Shown: positions 1-9,864 of the stretch, piece after piece
How the letters are laid out: each line of letters opens with the position of its first letter
How positions within the stretch are numbered: position 1 is the first letter of the stretch
Assembly: GCA_037305845.1 (NCBI GenBank)
Contig: CP147778.1
Span: forward strand, 3,040,001-3,104,000
Direction of reading: 5' to 3'
DNA length: 64,000 nt
Source of the DNA: Candidatus Freyarchaeum deiterrae
Lineage (GTDB): Archaea; Asgardarchaeota; Jordiarchaeia; Jordiarchaeales; Jordiarchaeaceae
Notes under the pieces: generated by a model
Told to the model about the DNA's origin: nothing
The model's database searches: none
The model's input: only the letters and a program-made list of their open reading frames with translations
Made by a program: the position numbers and the translations under genes

Positions 1-223
1 ATAATGCACAAAAAATTACAAATATACATACTAACCAAATTACCTGCTCACATTAACAGAAAAGTAAGAGGGCGAAGGAAAAGATGGAAGAGAAAGAATA
101 CGAAGCTCAAGAATCTCTTCAGCTATAAGTTTCAAGACCCGAAAACAGAAGAAAAAGCGTTCACAAAACCCATGGTTAAAACTCTAAAAAATAAACAATA
201 GTGGCAAAAAATAATGGGAGCGA

Positions 224-3175
224 ATGAACACAATGGGCAAAATAAAAGTCGGCGACCTCATAGGAGGACGATTTGAAGTACGCCGCATCCTCGGCGGCGA
301 AGGAAAAAGCGGAATGGGGACAGTCTACGCCTGCATAGACCACAAATCTGGAGCAGTTGTAGCCCTGAAAACCTTCCAAGACATTTACCTCAAAGACAAG
401 GAGATGAAGGATAGCTTCAAATTCGAAGCACTAGCTTGGACACAACTCGAAAGGCACCCAAACATAGTACAGGCAATGGGTTTTGAAGAGTTCGATTACC
501 GACCGTTCATCATCCTTGAATTTATCGCCCCCGACGAGGAAGGAAGGACTACCCTAACCCAACACCTCCAAAAACCCATCCCCCTCCAACAGACGCTGGA
601 GTGGGCCATACAGTTCTGCCGCGGGATGGAACACGCTGCAACCCACGGCGTGACACCCCACAGAGACATAAATCCGGGCAACATAATGATCACTAAAGAC
701 GGAACCCTGAAGATTACAGACTTCGGACTAGCAAAACTATGGGAGCAGAAGAAACCCAAAGCAGGCCAGAAGATTCAGGTAGATGAAGGACAACCCGGGC
801 TTACCTTCCTCAAGGTCTCCGATGAATATGTGGTGGCTGGCACGCCACCCTGGATGGCTCCTGAGCAATTCGAAGGCATAGCCGACACCAGAAGCGACAT
901 CTACAACTTCGGAATAGTGCTCTTCCAGATGGTCAACAAAGGCAAACTACCGTTCCAAGCCCAGACAGACGCAGAATACCACCAAGCCCACAAGACAAGG
1001 CCAGTACCCCAACTCAAAAGCAAACTGTTCCCGATAATCGAAAAGTGCCTGCAGAAAAACCCAAAGGACCGCTACCAAAACTTCCAAGAACTGAGAAAAG
1101 ACCTAGAAAAAATGTACCAAAAGGAAACCGGAAAAACCCCACCAAAACCACCAGAAAAAACAGAACTGGAAGCATGGGAACATAACAACCAAGGACTATC
1201 ATTCTATAATCTAGGACTGCTTAACGAAGCAACAAAAGAATACAAGGAGGCCATAAAAATAAACCCTGCTGATGCTGACGCTCACAGCAACTTGGGTAAC
1301 GCTCTAAAAGACAAGGGTCTGTTGGATGAGGCTATATGGGAATACACAGAAGCTCTGCGGATAAACCCCTCTGATGCTGACGCTCACAGCAACCTAGGTG
1401 TCGCCCTCAGAGGTAAGGGTCTACTGGACGAGGCAATACAGGAATACAGAAAAGCTCTGCGGATAAACCCCTCTGATGCTGACGCTCACAGCAACTTGGG
1501 TAACGCTCTAAAGGATAAAGGTCTGCTGGACGAGGCGATAGCGGAATACACAGAAGCGCTAAGAATAGAGCCTGGCCTCGCCCAAACTCACAGCAACCTA
1601 GGTAACGCTCTTAGTGATAAGGGACTGCTTGATGAAGCGATAGAGGAGTACAGAGAGGCTCTGCGGATAAATCCCTCTGATGCTGACGTTCACAGCAACC
1701 TAGGTGTCGCCCTCAGAGGTAAGGGTGGCCTCGATAAGGCGATAAAAGAATACAGAGAAGCGCTGAGGTTAAAGCCCGACCTCGCTGAAGCCCACAGCAA
1801 TCTGGGTAACGCTCTTAGTGATAAGGGTTTACACGAAGAAGCGATAAAAGAATGGAGGGAGGCTATAAGGTTAAAGCCCGACCTCGCCGACGCCCACCAC
1901 AACTTGGGGGTCGCCTTTAGTGATAAGGGTCTACTCGACGAAGCGATAAAGGAATACAGAGAAGCCATAACAATAAACCCTTACCATACTGACGCCCACT
2001 ATAACTTGGGTAACGCTCTTATTAACACCGGTCTACTTGATAAGGCAATACGGGAATACAGAGAAGCGCTGAGGTTAAAGCCCGACTTCGCTGAAGCTCA
2101 CAGCAACTTGGGTAACGCTCTTAGTGATAACGGTCTGCTGGATGAAGCGATAAAAGAATGGAAGGAGGCTATAAGGTTAAAGCCCGACCTCGCCGACGCC
2201 CACAGCAATCTGGGTAACGCTCTTAGTGATAAGGGTCTACCCGACGAAGCGATAAAGGAATACCAAGAAGCGCTGAGGTTAAAGCCCGACTTCGCCCAAG
2301 CTCACTACAACTTGGGTGTCGCCCTCAGGGGTAAGGGTCTAGTTGACGAGGCGATGAGAGAGTGGAGGGAGGCTCTGAGAATAAAGCCTGACTTCGCTGA
2401 AGCTCACAGCAATCTGGGTAACGCCTTTAGAAGTAAGGGTTTGCTTGACAACGCTATAAAAGAATACAGGGAAGCGCTGAGGTTAAAGCCTGACCTTGCT
2501 GAAGTCCACAGCCTCTTGGGTAACACTCTCAGCAGTAAGGGGTTGCTTGATGAGGCTATAAAAGAATACAGGGTGGCCATAAAGATAAAACCTGACTATG
2601 TCGAGGCCCACTATAACTTAGCGATCGCTCTTAGTAATAATGGGTTGCTTGAAGAGGCTATAAAGGAATACAGAGCAACTTTGAGGATAAAGCCTGACCT
2701 CGTCCAAGCTCACAGCAATCTGGGTAACGCTCTTAGTGATAAGGGTCTACTCGATGAGGCTATAAATCAATACAGGGAGGCTATAAAGATAAAGCCTGAC
2801 CTTGCTGAAGCTCACAGCAATCTGGGTAACGCTCTAAAGGATAAGGGCCTGCTGGATGAAGCAATACTGGAATACCGGGAGGCTTTAAAAATAAAACCAG
2901 ACGATGCCACAGCCCACTACAACTTGGGTGTCGCCCTTAGAGATAAAAATCTGTTCGACGAGGCAGTACAGGAATACAGAGAAACACTGAGAATAAACCC
3001 AGACTTAGCCCAGGCCTATTACAACCTTGGGATTGCACTTGAGGCTTTAGGAGACTTTAAGGGAGCCATTGAAGCGTACCAGAATTTCATAAAGCGAGCG
3101 CCGCCGCAGTATGCACAGCATTTTAAGCGGGCACGCCAAGCCATCAATACATTGAAAGGGATAGTAAGAGGATGA
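224..3175 (+). CDS. Hanks-type Ser/Thr protein kinase fused to 19 tandem TPR repeats
   Basis: Kinase motifs GEGKSGMGTVY, VALK, HRDINPGN, DFG, GTPPWMAPE, SDIYNFG. From about aa 318 there are 19 34-aa repeats of consensus A(D/E)AHSNLGNALxDKGLLDEAIxEYREALRxxP. Confidence 0.95.
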   Translation: MNTMGKIKVGDLIGGRFEVRRILGGEGKSGMGTVYACIDHKSGAVVALKTFQDIYLKDKEMKDSFKFEALAWTQLERHPNIVQAMGFEEFDYRPFIILEFIAPDEEGRTTLTQHLQKPIPLQQTLEWAIQFCRGMEHAATHGVTPHRDINPGNIMITKDGTLKITDFGLAKLWEQKKPKAGQKIQVDEGQPGLTFLKVSDEYVVAGTPPWMAPEQFEGIADTRSDIYNFGIVLFQMVNKGKLPFQAQTDAEYHQAHKTRPVPQLKSKLFPIIEKCLQKNPKDRYQNFQELRKDLEKMYQKETGKTPPKPPEKTELEAWEHNNQGLSFYNLGLLNEATKEYKEAIKINPADADAHSNLGNALKDKGLLDEAIWEYTEALRINPSDADAHSNLGVALRGKGLLDEAIQEYRKALRINPSDADAHSNLGNALKDKGLLDEAIAEYTEALRIEPGLAQTHSNLGNALSDKGLLDEAIEEYREALRINPSDADVHSNLGVALRGKGGLDKAIKEYREALRLKPDLAEAHSNLGNALSDKGLHEEAIKEWREAIRLKPDLADAHHNLGVAFSDKGLLDEAIKEYREAITINPYHTDAHYNLGNALINTGLLDKAIREYREALRLKPDFAEAHSNLGNALSDNGLLDEAIKEWKEAIRLKPDLADAHSNLGNALSDKGLPDEAIKEYQEALRLKPDFAQAHYNLGVALRGKGLVDEAMREWREALRIKPDFAEAHSNLGNAFRSKGLLDNAIKEYREALRLKPDLAEVHSLLGNTLSSKGLLDEAIKEYRVAIKIKPDYVEAHYNLAIALSNNGLLEEAIKEYRATLRIKPDLVQAHSNLGNALSDKGLLDEAINQYREAIKIKPDLAEAHSNLGNALKDKGLLDEAILEYREALKIKPDDATAHYNLGVALRDKNLFDEAVQEYRETLRINPDLAQAYYNLGIALEALGDFKGAIEAYQNFIKRAPPQYAQHFKRARQAINTLKGIVRG

Positions 3176-3369
3176 GGAGCTTCAAGTTTATCCTTTCAGT
3201 GTTTGAATTTTGTATTGTTTTTATGAGTTCAAAACCTGTGACACAGTGGACTTACTCATAACCTATAGAATAGTCCCCAGGTGGGTCGTTACTGCAGAAT
3301 GCCTTTATTTTGCCGTAGAAATAGTTACTAACCCAAAAAATTAGGTTACGCTGCTTCGAAGATTGTACT

Positions 3370-3480
3370 AATCTCATCATGTCTCCCTACTCTGGCATAG
3401 CCTCATCAATTGTAACACGATTATAAAATGACAACCTCTTTTTGAAATACTTCTCATTCACTCGGTTTCATCGCTCTCGC
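3370..3480 (-). pseudogene. Degenerate TPR fragment resembling the first TPR of the kinase
   Basis: Minus strand reads KPSE*EVFQK / RLSFYNRVTIDEAMPE*GDMMRL with a frameshift and stops, versus kinase EAWEHNNQGLSFYNLGLLNEATKEY. Confidence 0.4.
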
Positions 3481-3626
3481 AAGTTTCAGCCTTTAATTGT
3501 GGATGGAAGCCGAATATTTTTTCAATTAGATTTAAATATAACTTAGTCTCAAAAATAGTTTTAAGTACCGTAAATTTGCGGTACTTATGTTACAACAAAA
3601 AAATGGAGATTAGAGAGGAGGACACA

Positions 3627-5090
3627 ATGCGTAAAAAAGTAATCGGCGCACTACTCATTATCGTTTTCATTTCAATGTCTTTTTCCTTGATTTCACTGTC
3701 TGCACTGGTTAATGGAAATGCACAAGTTACACAACTTGCACAAGTTGCATCCATTAATAGTTCTGGAATCGGTTCACAATCTAATCAGGTATCCTCCATC
3801 ACGTCGGGGTTCTATGATGGACTCGGTACTATATATACCGTTCAAACCCTAGATGGCGTGAATATAAAAGTGCTGAGATACCATCCAATTGGACAGAACT
3901 TTAACAATGGAAGTCAGCCAATTTTGCTTTTACCGGGAATTGTAGCTAACATAAACGAATTTTTATCGCATACTACTCCAAGAGTCGCGCAGCTTTACCC
4001 CAATATTACACTACCTGCTAATCTTTCATCATGGGCTGTAGGGGATCCCAATATCCAAAAAGATCCGTTGCTCTATTATAGCCCTGCCTATTTCTTATGG
4101 AAACAAGGATACGATGTATGGTTAGCAAACTATAGAGGAACTGGCTTTGGTGATATGAAAAGCGGCATGGGGAATTCAAATACAACTTTAGATGATTGGG
4201 CATTATTAGACGCTAGAGCAGCATTAAACTTTGTTTATAGTATGACACTTCAACATCCAGTTGTCGGCGGTCACAGCACCGGAGGCCTTTCGACCATGAT
4301 GTTATTGCAAGGCGCTTATATCCAATCGAATGGAATGGTCGCTTCCAATGAAACACTCGCTAAAGAACGAAACGGTATTATTCAGGGCCCCGAGACAATT
4401 AAAGCCTATATAGCATTAGAACCAGCAGGTATACCAGTTATTTCATCATCGGAAGAATCTACCCTAGGCTGGTTAATGCTTAGCGCAAATGTTTATCTCG
4501 ATCTTCGGTCAATTATACAAGCTCTAGACGGGACTGGAAACCTTTCATTGATCGCATTAGATAGCAATTTAATGAGTCTATTAGGACAAACCCCCCTAAA
4601 GGACTTGGTAACGAACATTATGAACTTGGATCCGACTGACTTTACCCCCGCATTAGGTTATTACCAAACACTTTATTGTTTGGACAGTACCTATCTCAGC
4701 TGCTTAGCCCAATATTCTGATTTTGCATTTGAGCATACAATTAGAGAGTTCTACAGAGATGGAGCCTCTAACCAATATGTGATTGTACCATCGCAACCGC
4801 ACAATGGTGATGGCTATTACTACTTCGTCGATACACCGTGGAGTACAAATATGAAAAAAATGAGTGTTCCAATGATAACAATTTTTGCATCGATGCAAAA
4901 TAATTACAACGACCTCGTCAATTCCACAGAAATAATCCAGGACTTCATAAACGCAAAAACAGCTACCCCATATGACGCATACTATATCATACCAGGAACA
5001 GCCCACATCGACTGTCCCATAGGAAACCATGCACCTACAGACATTTTCCCAATTCTTTCTTCATGGCTGGCAGTAGTTGCACCTCCATAA
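3627..5090 (+). CDS. Secreted or membrane-anchored alpha/beta-hydrolase (lipase/esterase)
   Basis: Likely start MRKKV after GGAGG. N-terminal hydrophobic segment, GYDVWLANYRG motif, GHSTG nucleophile elbow, and C-terminal Asp (NDLV) and His (AHID). Confidence 0.85.
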   Translation: MRKKVIGALLIIVFISMSFSLISLSALVNGNAQVTQLAQVASINSSGIGSQSNQVSSITSGFYDGLGTIYTVQTLDGVNIKVLRYHPIGQNFNNGSQPILLLPGIVANINEFLSHTTPRVAQLYPNITLPANLSSWAVGDPNIQKDPLLYYSPAYFLWKQGYDVWLANYRGTGFGDMKSGMGNSNTTLDDWALLDARAALNFVYSMTLQHPVVGGHSTGGLSTMMLLQGAYIQSNGMVASNETLAKERNGIIQGPETIKAYIALEPAGIPVISSSEESTLGWLMLSANVYLDLRSIIQALDGTGNLSLIALDSNLMSLLGQTPLKDLVTNIMNLDPTDFTPALGYYQTLYCLDSTYLSCLAQYSDFAFEHTIREFYRDGASNQYVIVPSQPHNGDGYYYFVDTPWSTNMKKMSVPMITIFASMQNNYNDLVNSTEIIQDFINAKTATPYDAYYIIPGTAHIDCPIGNHAPTDIFPILSSWLAVVAPP

Positions 5091-5107
5091 ATTTAGCTTA
5101 ATTCAAA

Positions 5108-5205
5108 TCAGGATACCTAATGAGTAGTGGTAGGTTCATGTTCGAGGGCTTGAACTGCCGTGAACCTGCTTAACTGCCCTGTTGGGTATTCCCTGACTTT
5201 TTTTT
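5108..5205 (+). ncRNA. Long imperfect RNA hairpin followed by a T-tract (structured 3' UTR/terminator or small RNA)
   Basis: Nested pairings TCAGG/CCTGA, ATACCTAA/TTGGGTAT, GTAGT/ACTGC, GGTAGGTTCAT/GTGAACCTGCT and GTTCGAG/CTTGAAC. Non-Watson-Crick pairs within stems are G-U on the + strand. T8 at 5198-5205. Confidence 0.6.
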
Positions 5206-5376
5206 CTGGACAAGAAAATGACCAATATTCTTCAATGGAAATAAAATTATGGAACATGTTTCCGAAATATTAGTCATGTTCCGATTATTGGGCTTGAAAA
5301 TTAGTTTGGTTTAAAATTTTTTTTCGATGCGCTCAGGGATAATAATCTTTTTAACTACTGTACAATTGTTATTTTT

Positions 5377-5964
5377 ATGGAACATGGTTCTTTGGGAGTG
5401 TCTTTAGCTATATTGAGCTCTAGACTTGCTGGGCCTTTTTACAAGAGTTATGTAAAAAATTTAGGCTTAAAGGGGAATGAGAGGGTGCTTGAGCCCGGGT
5501 CTGGCTCGGGTGGCCTTTCGGCTTATATCGCTCCAATTTTGTTAAAGGGAAAAGGAAAATTGACCTGTGTTGATATATCCAAGGCTCAGATGAGAGTGCT
5601 TAGAATCAGAATGAGGAAGTATCCTAATGTGGAGTACAAGCTGGGGGATATATCAAAAATGGATATTGAAGACGGTTCCTTTGATGCTGCTATTATTCAT
5701 TTCATGTTGCACGAAGTTGAACAACCTTCAAGACAAAACTTTGTAAAGACGATATCACGTAAATTGAAGGCCGGTGGAAAACTCTTTATTAGAGAACCTA
5801 TAAGAGAAAGCCACGGTATGCCTGTGGAAGAAATTCGGCAGTTAATGGCTGAAGGTGGATTAAAAGAAATTGATCACAAATTAACTAGGTCAATTTTTAT
5901 GGGACCAATGTATGTGGGAATATTCGAAAAACGTATAAGAAGCCGACAGGAACACGTAGGATAG
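5377..5964 (+). CDS. Class I SAM-dependent methyltransferase
   Basis: VLEPGSGSG motif I, CVDIS, SFDAA, LHEV and LKAGG motifs. Confidence 0.9.
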   Translation: MEHGSLGVSLAILSSRLAGPFYKSYVKNLGLKGNERVLEPGSGSGGLSAYIAPILLKGKGKLTCVDISKAQMRVLRIRMRKYPNVEYKLGDISKMDIEDGSFDAAIIHFMLHEVEQPSRQNFVKTISRKLKAGGKLFIREPIRESHGMPVEEIRQLMAEGGLKEIDHKLTRSIFMGPMYVGIFEKRIRSRQEHVG

Positions 5965-5991
5965 AATATCAGACCAAAAGTTTTTTCAATT

Positions 5992-6714
5992 TTATTCATC
6001 TGAATGATTTTGAAATGATAGTAAGCCTTCTAGTATACGGAACATGTCTTCGGAAAGCCCTGATTTTACTATGTCCTTCCACAGAGTAACTATTTTGAGC
6101 CCTAGTTTTTTTGACGCTTCAAGAGCCTCGTTTTCATCTTCTTCCTTTAAACGCGTCCTGATTTGGTCGAAGAGCGTTTGGTATGCTTTTTTTAGTTCGC
6201 CGTTCTCGATTGTGTCGAAGTCGGTTGTCTGTGAATCGAAAAGAATTTTGTCTCCGGTTTTGTCAGAAATTAGCGCAAATTTTCCGTATATTTCGGACAG
6301 TGCTTTTGAGTCTTCTAGAATTTTGTTCAATACTGGACTCAGTTTATCTTCTGGATGTTCCTTGTTTTTGAAGTAGGAAATATACTCATTGATTAGCCAC
6401 TCATAGATCACCTTAATCTCACGATTTGTAGTCATTCCTTCCTTCAAACTTGGTAGAGTGTTAACCTGTATGCATTCTAGCGAGATATCGCTGGTCTGAA
6501 TTACGTTTGAATCCTCTGATCCTCTATCCGCAAGATTACTATCAAAATAAGCGAGTACAGCGTGGATTTCTTTATTATCTTTACTATTATGAAGAAATAC
6601 GCCTGAATATATGCCGCCGCTTTTCTGTTCGAGCTGGTTTTTACTAAAGCGGTACGTAAATTTAGTCTTACATTTTTCACAGTAACCTGTAAAGACGAGA
6701 TTGTTATCAGGCAT
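5992..6714 (-). CDS. Hypothetical protein with N-terminal CxxC...H...H putative Zn site and helical C-terminus; GTPase operon partner
   Basis: CEKC and HNSKDNKEIH; start overlaps the GTPase stop (TAATG). Confidence 0.75.
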   Translation of the reverse strand: MPDNNLVFTGYCEKCKTKFTYRFSKNQLEQKSGGIYSGVFLHNSKDNKEIHAVLAYFDSNLADRGSEDSNVIQTSDISLECIQVNTLPSLKEGMTTNREIKVIYEWLINEYISYFKNKEHPEDKLSPVLNKILEDSKALSEIYGKFALISDKTGDKILFDSQTTDFDTIENGELKKAYQTLFDQIRTRLKEEDENEALEASKKLGLKIVTLWKDIVKSGLSEDMFRILEGLLSFQNHSDE

Positions 6715-7259
6715 TATTTCTTCGCCCTCTTATAGAGCAAATTAGTCAGTTGAACAAAAACTTCCTTAACATTTTGACCGGTTTTAGAGCTCGTTTTAAA
6801 GAAGAAGTTGGACGTTAAATTATGCTTCTTCAAAAAATCTGCAATTTGTCCATCATTAACCGACCTAGCACCAAACTTTTCGACCTCATCCGCCTTAGTT
6901 CCTATAACAAAAGTTACCGGATTATTCGTGTTCTTCTTCACTAGATCGAACCATTCTTCCAAGTTCCACAAACTAGAAGGTCTAGTGAGATCAAAAGCCA
7001 ATATCACACCACTAGTTCCCTTACAATAACTAGGTAGAATAAAACGAAACCTTTTTTCCCCCCCAAAATCCCACACCTGAAGCTTTACAGAATCACCATT
7101 TATCCTTTTATCTATGGAATAAAATCCGGCACCAATAGTAATTTTTGTACTCTCAATAAATTTCTGAGTAGTATACCTGTTTATAAAAGTCGTTTTCCCA
7201 ACGCCACCTTCCCCAACAACAATCACCTTGAATAAATAACCCTGACTTACATCACTCAA
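6714..7259 (-). CDS. Rab-like small GTPase (Ras superfamily)
   Basis: G1 GEGGVGKT, G2 TIG, G3 WDFGG, G4 TKAD, G5 TSSK; Rab-like KLQVWD and RFRFI segments; no C-terminal Cys prenylation motif. Confidence 0.93.
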   Translation of the reverse strand: MSDVSQGYLFKVIVVGEGGVGKTTFINRYTTQKFIESTKITIGAGFYSIDKRINGDSVKLQVWDFGGEKRFRFILPSYCKGTSGVILAFDLTRPSSLWNLEEWFDLVKKNTNNPVTFVIGTKADEVEKFGARSVNDGQIADFLKKHNLTSNFFFKTSSKTGQNVKEVFVQLTNLLYKRAKK

Positions 7260-7501
7260 GGATATCCGCCTCCAAAGAGTACATCGCGAACCGCTATTCC
7301 TGAAACTATACGCATCATAGTATTATAAATGCAATACGCTCATAAATTTTTATCAAATATACATTTCATAAACTAGAAAAACTTTACGCATTCATAATAC
7401 CAAATAAAGCAGAAAAGAATAGAAACCCCTCCCTCTCCACTCATTTAGGTGGCTGAACCCAACTGCTTCCTTGGAAAACTTTTGTAAAACTAACTATTTT
7501 T

Positions 7502-8719
7502 TTAAACGCTTTGCCTCGATTTTTGCTGGGCTCGTTCTTCAGGAATACATCGGAGGCCTCCGCTTATTATGCTCATAAAACAGTTATTGCAGGATGTGCA
7601 TGTGACGGCTAAATCTCCAACACCTTTCAACCATTTATTTGGAAGATCTGGTTCCCGGATCAGGGGTCGAGATAGGGAAACGAAATCTGCACTTCCTTCC
7701 ACGAGTATTTTTTCGATCACATCAAGGGATCTGATTCCCCCAACCAGAATTAGTGGAACATCGATGACTTTCTTGATTTCTCTAGCATAAGGCAGAAAGT
7801 AAGCTTCCTTATCTTTCGACGTGATTTTTATTCGAGCCTCTGGAGGAAATGCTGGTTTCCAGCCCAGTTCTTCTTCACTGCGTTTCGTGGTTTCCCACAT
7901 GCCTCCACTGGTTTCAATAGCTGCGAATCCCCTCTTCGAAAGCTTTTTCGCAATCTTCTTGGACTCATCTAGAGTTATTCCCCCTTTCAGAAAATCGTCG
8001 GCATTCATCTTTACCAAGATGGGAAAATCCTTTCCTACTCTTTCCACACTCTGTTTGTATATTTCTTCAAGAATCCTGACACGGTTTTCAGTGCTGCCCC
8101 CATACTTGTCTGTTCTCTTATTCGTGTAGGGGGATAAGAATTCGCTTAAAAGGTATCCGTGCGCTGAGTGAAATTGAACGGCGTCAAATCCCGCATCCCT
8201 AGCCCTCCTTACCGCTTCGGCGAAAGCTTCTATGGTTTCTTCAATTTCTTCAACCGTCATTTCCCGCGGCATTTTATTAATGACCGGCTCAAAAACAGCT
8301 GAAGGAGCAACAGGGGTTTTCGCCGCTAAACTTTGACGACCGCCATGACTCAACTGTGCTGCAACCTTACAACCATCACCATACTCATGAACTGTTTCCG
8401 CGATTCTTCCCAATCCTGGAATAAGTTCATCACTATCTATTCCTGTCCCGTGACCCCCCGCCTCACTTGGTTGCACATACATGAGACCCGTGATTATTAA
8501 TCCGACTCCGCCTTTGGCTAAATTTTTGTATAATTCCACGAGTTTATCTGTAACATGTCCATCTTCAGAAGCTAAACCTTCAAAAGTGGCTGATCTAACC
8601 AGCCTATTCTTGATTACCACTCCACCAATTTCCGCAGACTCGAAAACCTTCAACTTGGATATTTCACCCCTGGGTGATTTCCCATTGGATATTCCTGCAT
8701 CAGATATCTTCCCTTTCAT
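7502..8719 (-). CDS. NADH:flavin oxidoreductase (old yellow enzyme family)
   Basis: KNRLVRSAT, GGVGLIITG, QLSHGGRQ, HSAHGYLLSEFLSP, RTDKYGGS, and C-terminal CxSCNxC. Confidence 0.93.
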   Translation of the reverse strand: MKGKISDAGISNGKSPRGEISKLKVFESAEIGGVVIKNRLVRSATFEGLASEDGHVTDKLVELYKNLAKGGVGLIITGLMYVQPSEAGGHGTGIDSDELIPGLGRIAETVHEYGDGCKVAAQLSHGGRQSLAAKTPVAPSAVFEPVINKMPREMTVEEIEETIEAFAEAVRRARDAGFDAVQFHSAHGYLLSEFLSPYTNKRTDKYGGSTENRVRILEEIYKQSVERVGKDFPILVKMNADDFLKGGITLDESKKIAKKLSKRGFAAIETSGGMWETTKRSEEELGWKPAFPPEARIKITSKDKEAYFLPYAREIKKVIDVPLILVGGIRSLDVIEKILVEGSADFVSLSRPLIREPDLPNKWLKGVGDLAVTCTSCNNCFMSIISGGLRCIPEERAQQKSRQSV

Positions 8720-8876
8720 TCAAAAACCATCCATCAATTTTTTTACTATATTGTTAAGCGACTCACAGAGTTTCAAAATCCCTTCAATCCGCCATAATAA
8801 ATGGAAGTTTCGGTCATATCTTTTACCTCTTACCAAGTTAAATTAACGATTTCTTTTTTTATATATAATTTTGTTG

Positions 8877-8897
8877 AATTTGTAATAGATACACTAA
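8877..8897. promoter_or_regulatory. Candidate NrtR-type operator upstream of the OYE gene
   Basis: AATTTGT-AATAGAT-ACACTAA has the GT-N7-AC core and the same ACACTAA half-site as 11092-11112; it lies next to a TATA-like box at about 8860-8870. Confidence 0.4.
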
Positions 8898-9156
8898 GTT
8901 CCCCTTAGCGAATTTACATGGAAAATAGGGGGATAAGATAAGAAGAAAATTATAGGGGGAAAGATGTGTCGTCACGTCAAAAATGTGAATATGATTTATT
9001 TCACCGACACATAATAGGACCCCTCATTGCACTGAGAGTATGATTCTATGCCCGTTGTTCTCTGCCCGACTTCGCTCACTTGAGAATATGCCCCAGAATG
9101 GGAGAATTTCTATCAGAAAAATTGGAACTAAAAATGATTTTAAGAAATTATATTTT

Positions 9157-9864
9157 TCACATTTTTGTGGTAATTCCTAATTCCAGTCTCGTCCATCTGA
9201 ATCCGGGTATTTTCTTACTTTTTAGGTCTTTTTTGAACATGTAGAGTCTTGCGGGGCGGTGTACACCGAGTTTGTATTTCTCTGTAGGTTCGATTATTCC
9301 CATAGAGAATATTTTCTTTCTGAAATTTCTTTTATCTAGTTTCTCGCCTAGTATAACTTCGTAAACTTTTTGAAGCTCAGTTAGGGTAAAGAGTTCTGGC
9401 AGAAAGTCAAGGGCTATTGCGGTGTATTCCAGCTTGCTTTTTAGTCTCTGATGAGCGTACTTAATTATCTTCTCATGATCAAATGCTACGACAGGGAGTT
9501 CATAAACTGGGTGCCAGTCTACTTTTTCTGAAATTTTAATCTTTTCTGGATCCACCATCGCAAAGTAAGCGATTGTTACTATTCTTATACTAGGGTCTCT
9601 TTCTACTTCTCCATAGGTGTAGAGTTGCTCTAGGTGAAGGTTTTCAAAAATTCCTACTTTTTCCTTCAAAACCCTGATTGACGCTTCTTCGAGGTTTTCA
9701 TCTCTTTTTACGAATGTTCCGGGGAGTGCCCAATATTCCTCGCAGTTCGGGAAGCCTCTTTTTTTTAGTAGAACTTTTAAATCACCATCTTTTATTCCAA
9801 ATATGCACACACCCACTGTGACGTACACTTCTGATGTTTCAAGCTCATTTGTACTAGTAGACAC
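9157..9864 (-). CDS. nrtR: NrtR family Nudix + wHTH transcriptional regulator
   Basis: WALPGTFV Nudix-like box, LEQLYTYG...RDP, AFDH, FTLTELQKVYE, DKRNFRKK, HRPARLY; overlaps pncB. Confidence 0.92.
   Translation of the reverse strand: MSTSTNELETSEVYVTVGVCIFGIKDGDLKVLLKKRGFPNCEEYWALPGTFVKRDENLEEASIRVLKEKVGIFENLHLEQLYTYGEVERDPSIRIVTIAYFAMVDPEKIKISEKVDWHPVYELPVVAFDHEKIIKYAHQRLKSKLEYTAIALDFLPELFTLTELQKVYEVILGEKLDKRNFRKKIFSMGIIEPTEKYKLGVHRPARLYMFKKDLKSKKIPGFRWTRLELGITTKM

Noticed and set aside
4-201. 65-aa basic ORF at the window start
   Set aside because: A-rich low complexity, no motif, and no upstream context available.
5108-5196. Eukaryote-like SECIS element (AUGA present)
   Set aside because: No opposing GA for the quartet, no apical AA motif, and no in-frame UGA in the upstream lipase.
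8964-9012. ATGTGTCG/CGACACAT inverted repeat
   Set aside because: Single 8-bp stem with no second copy or supporting context.
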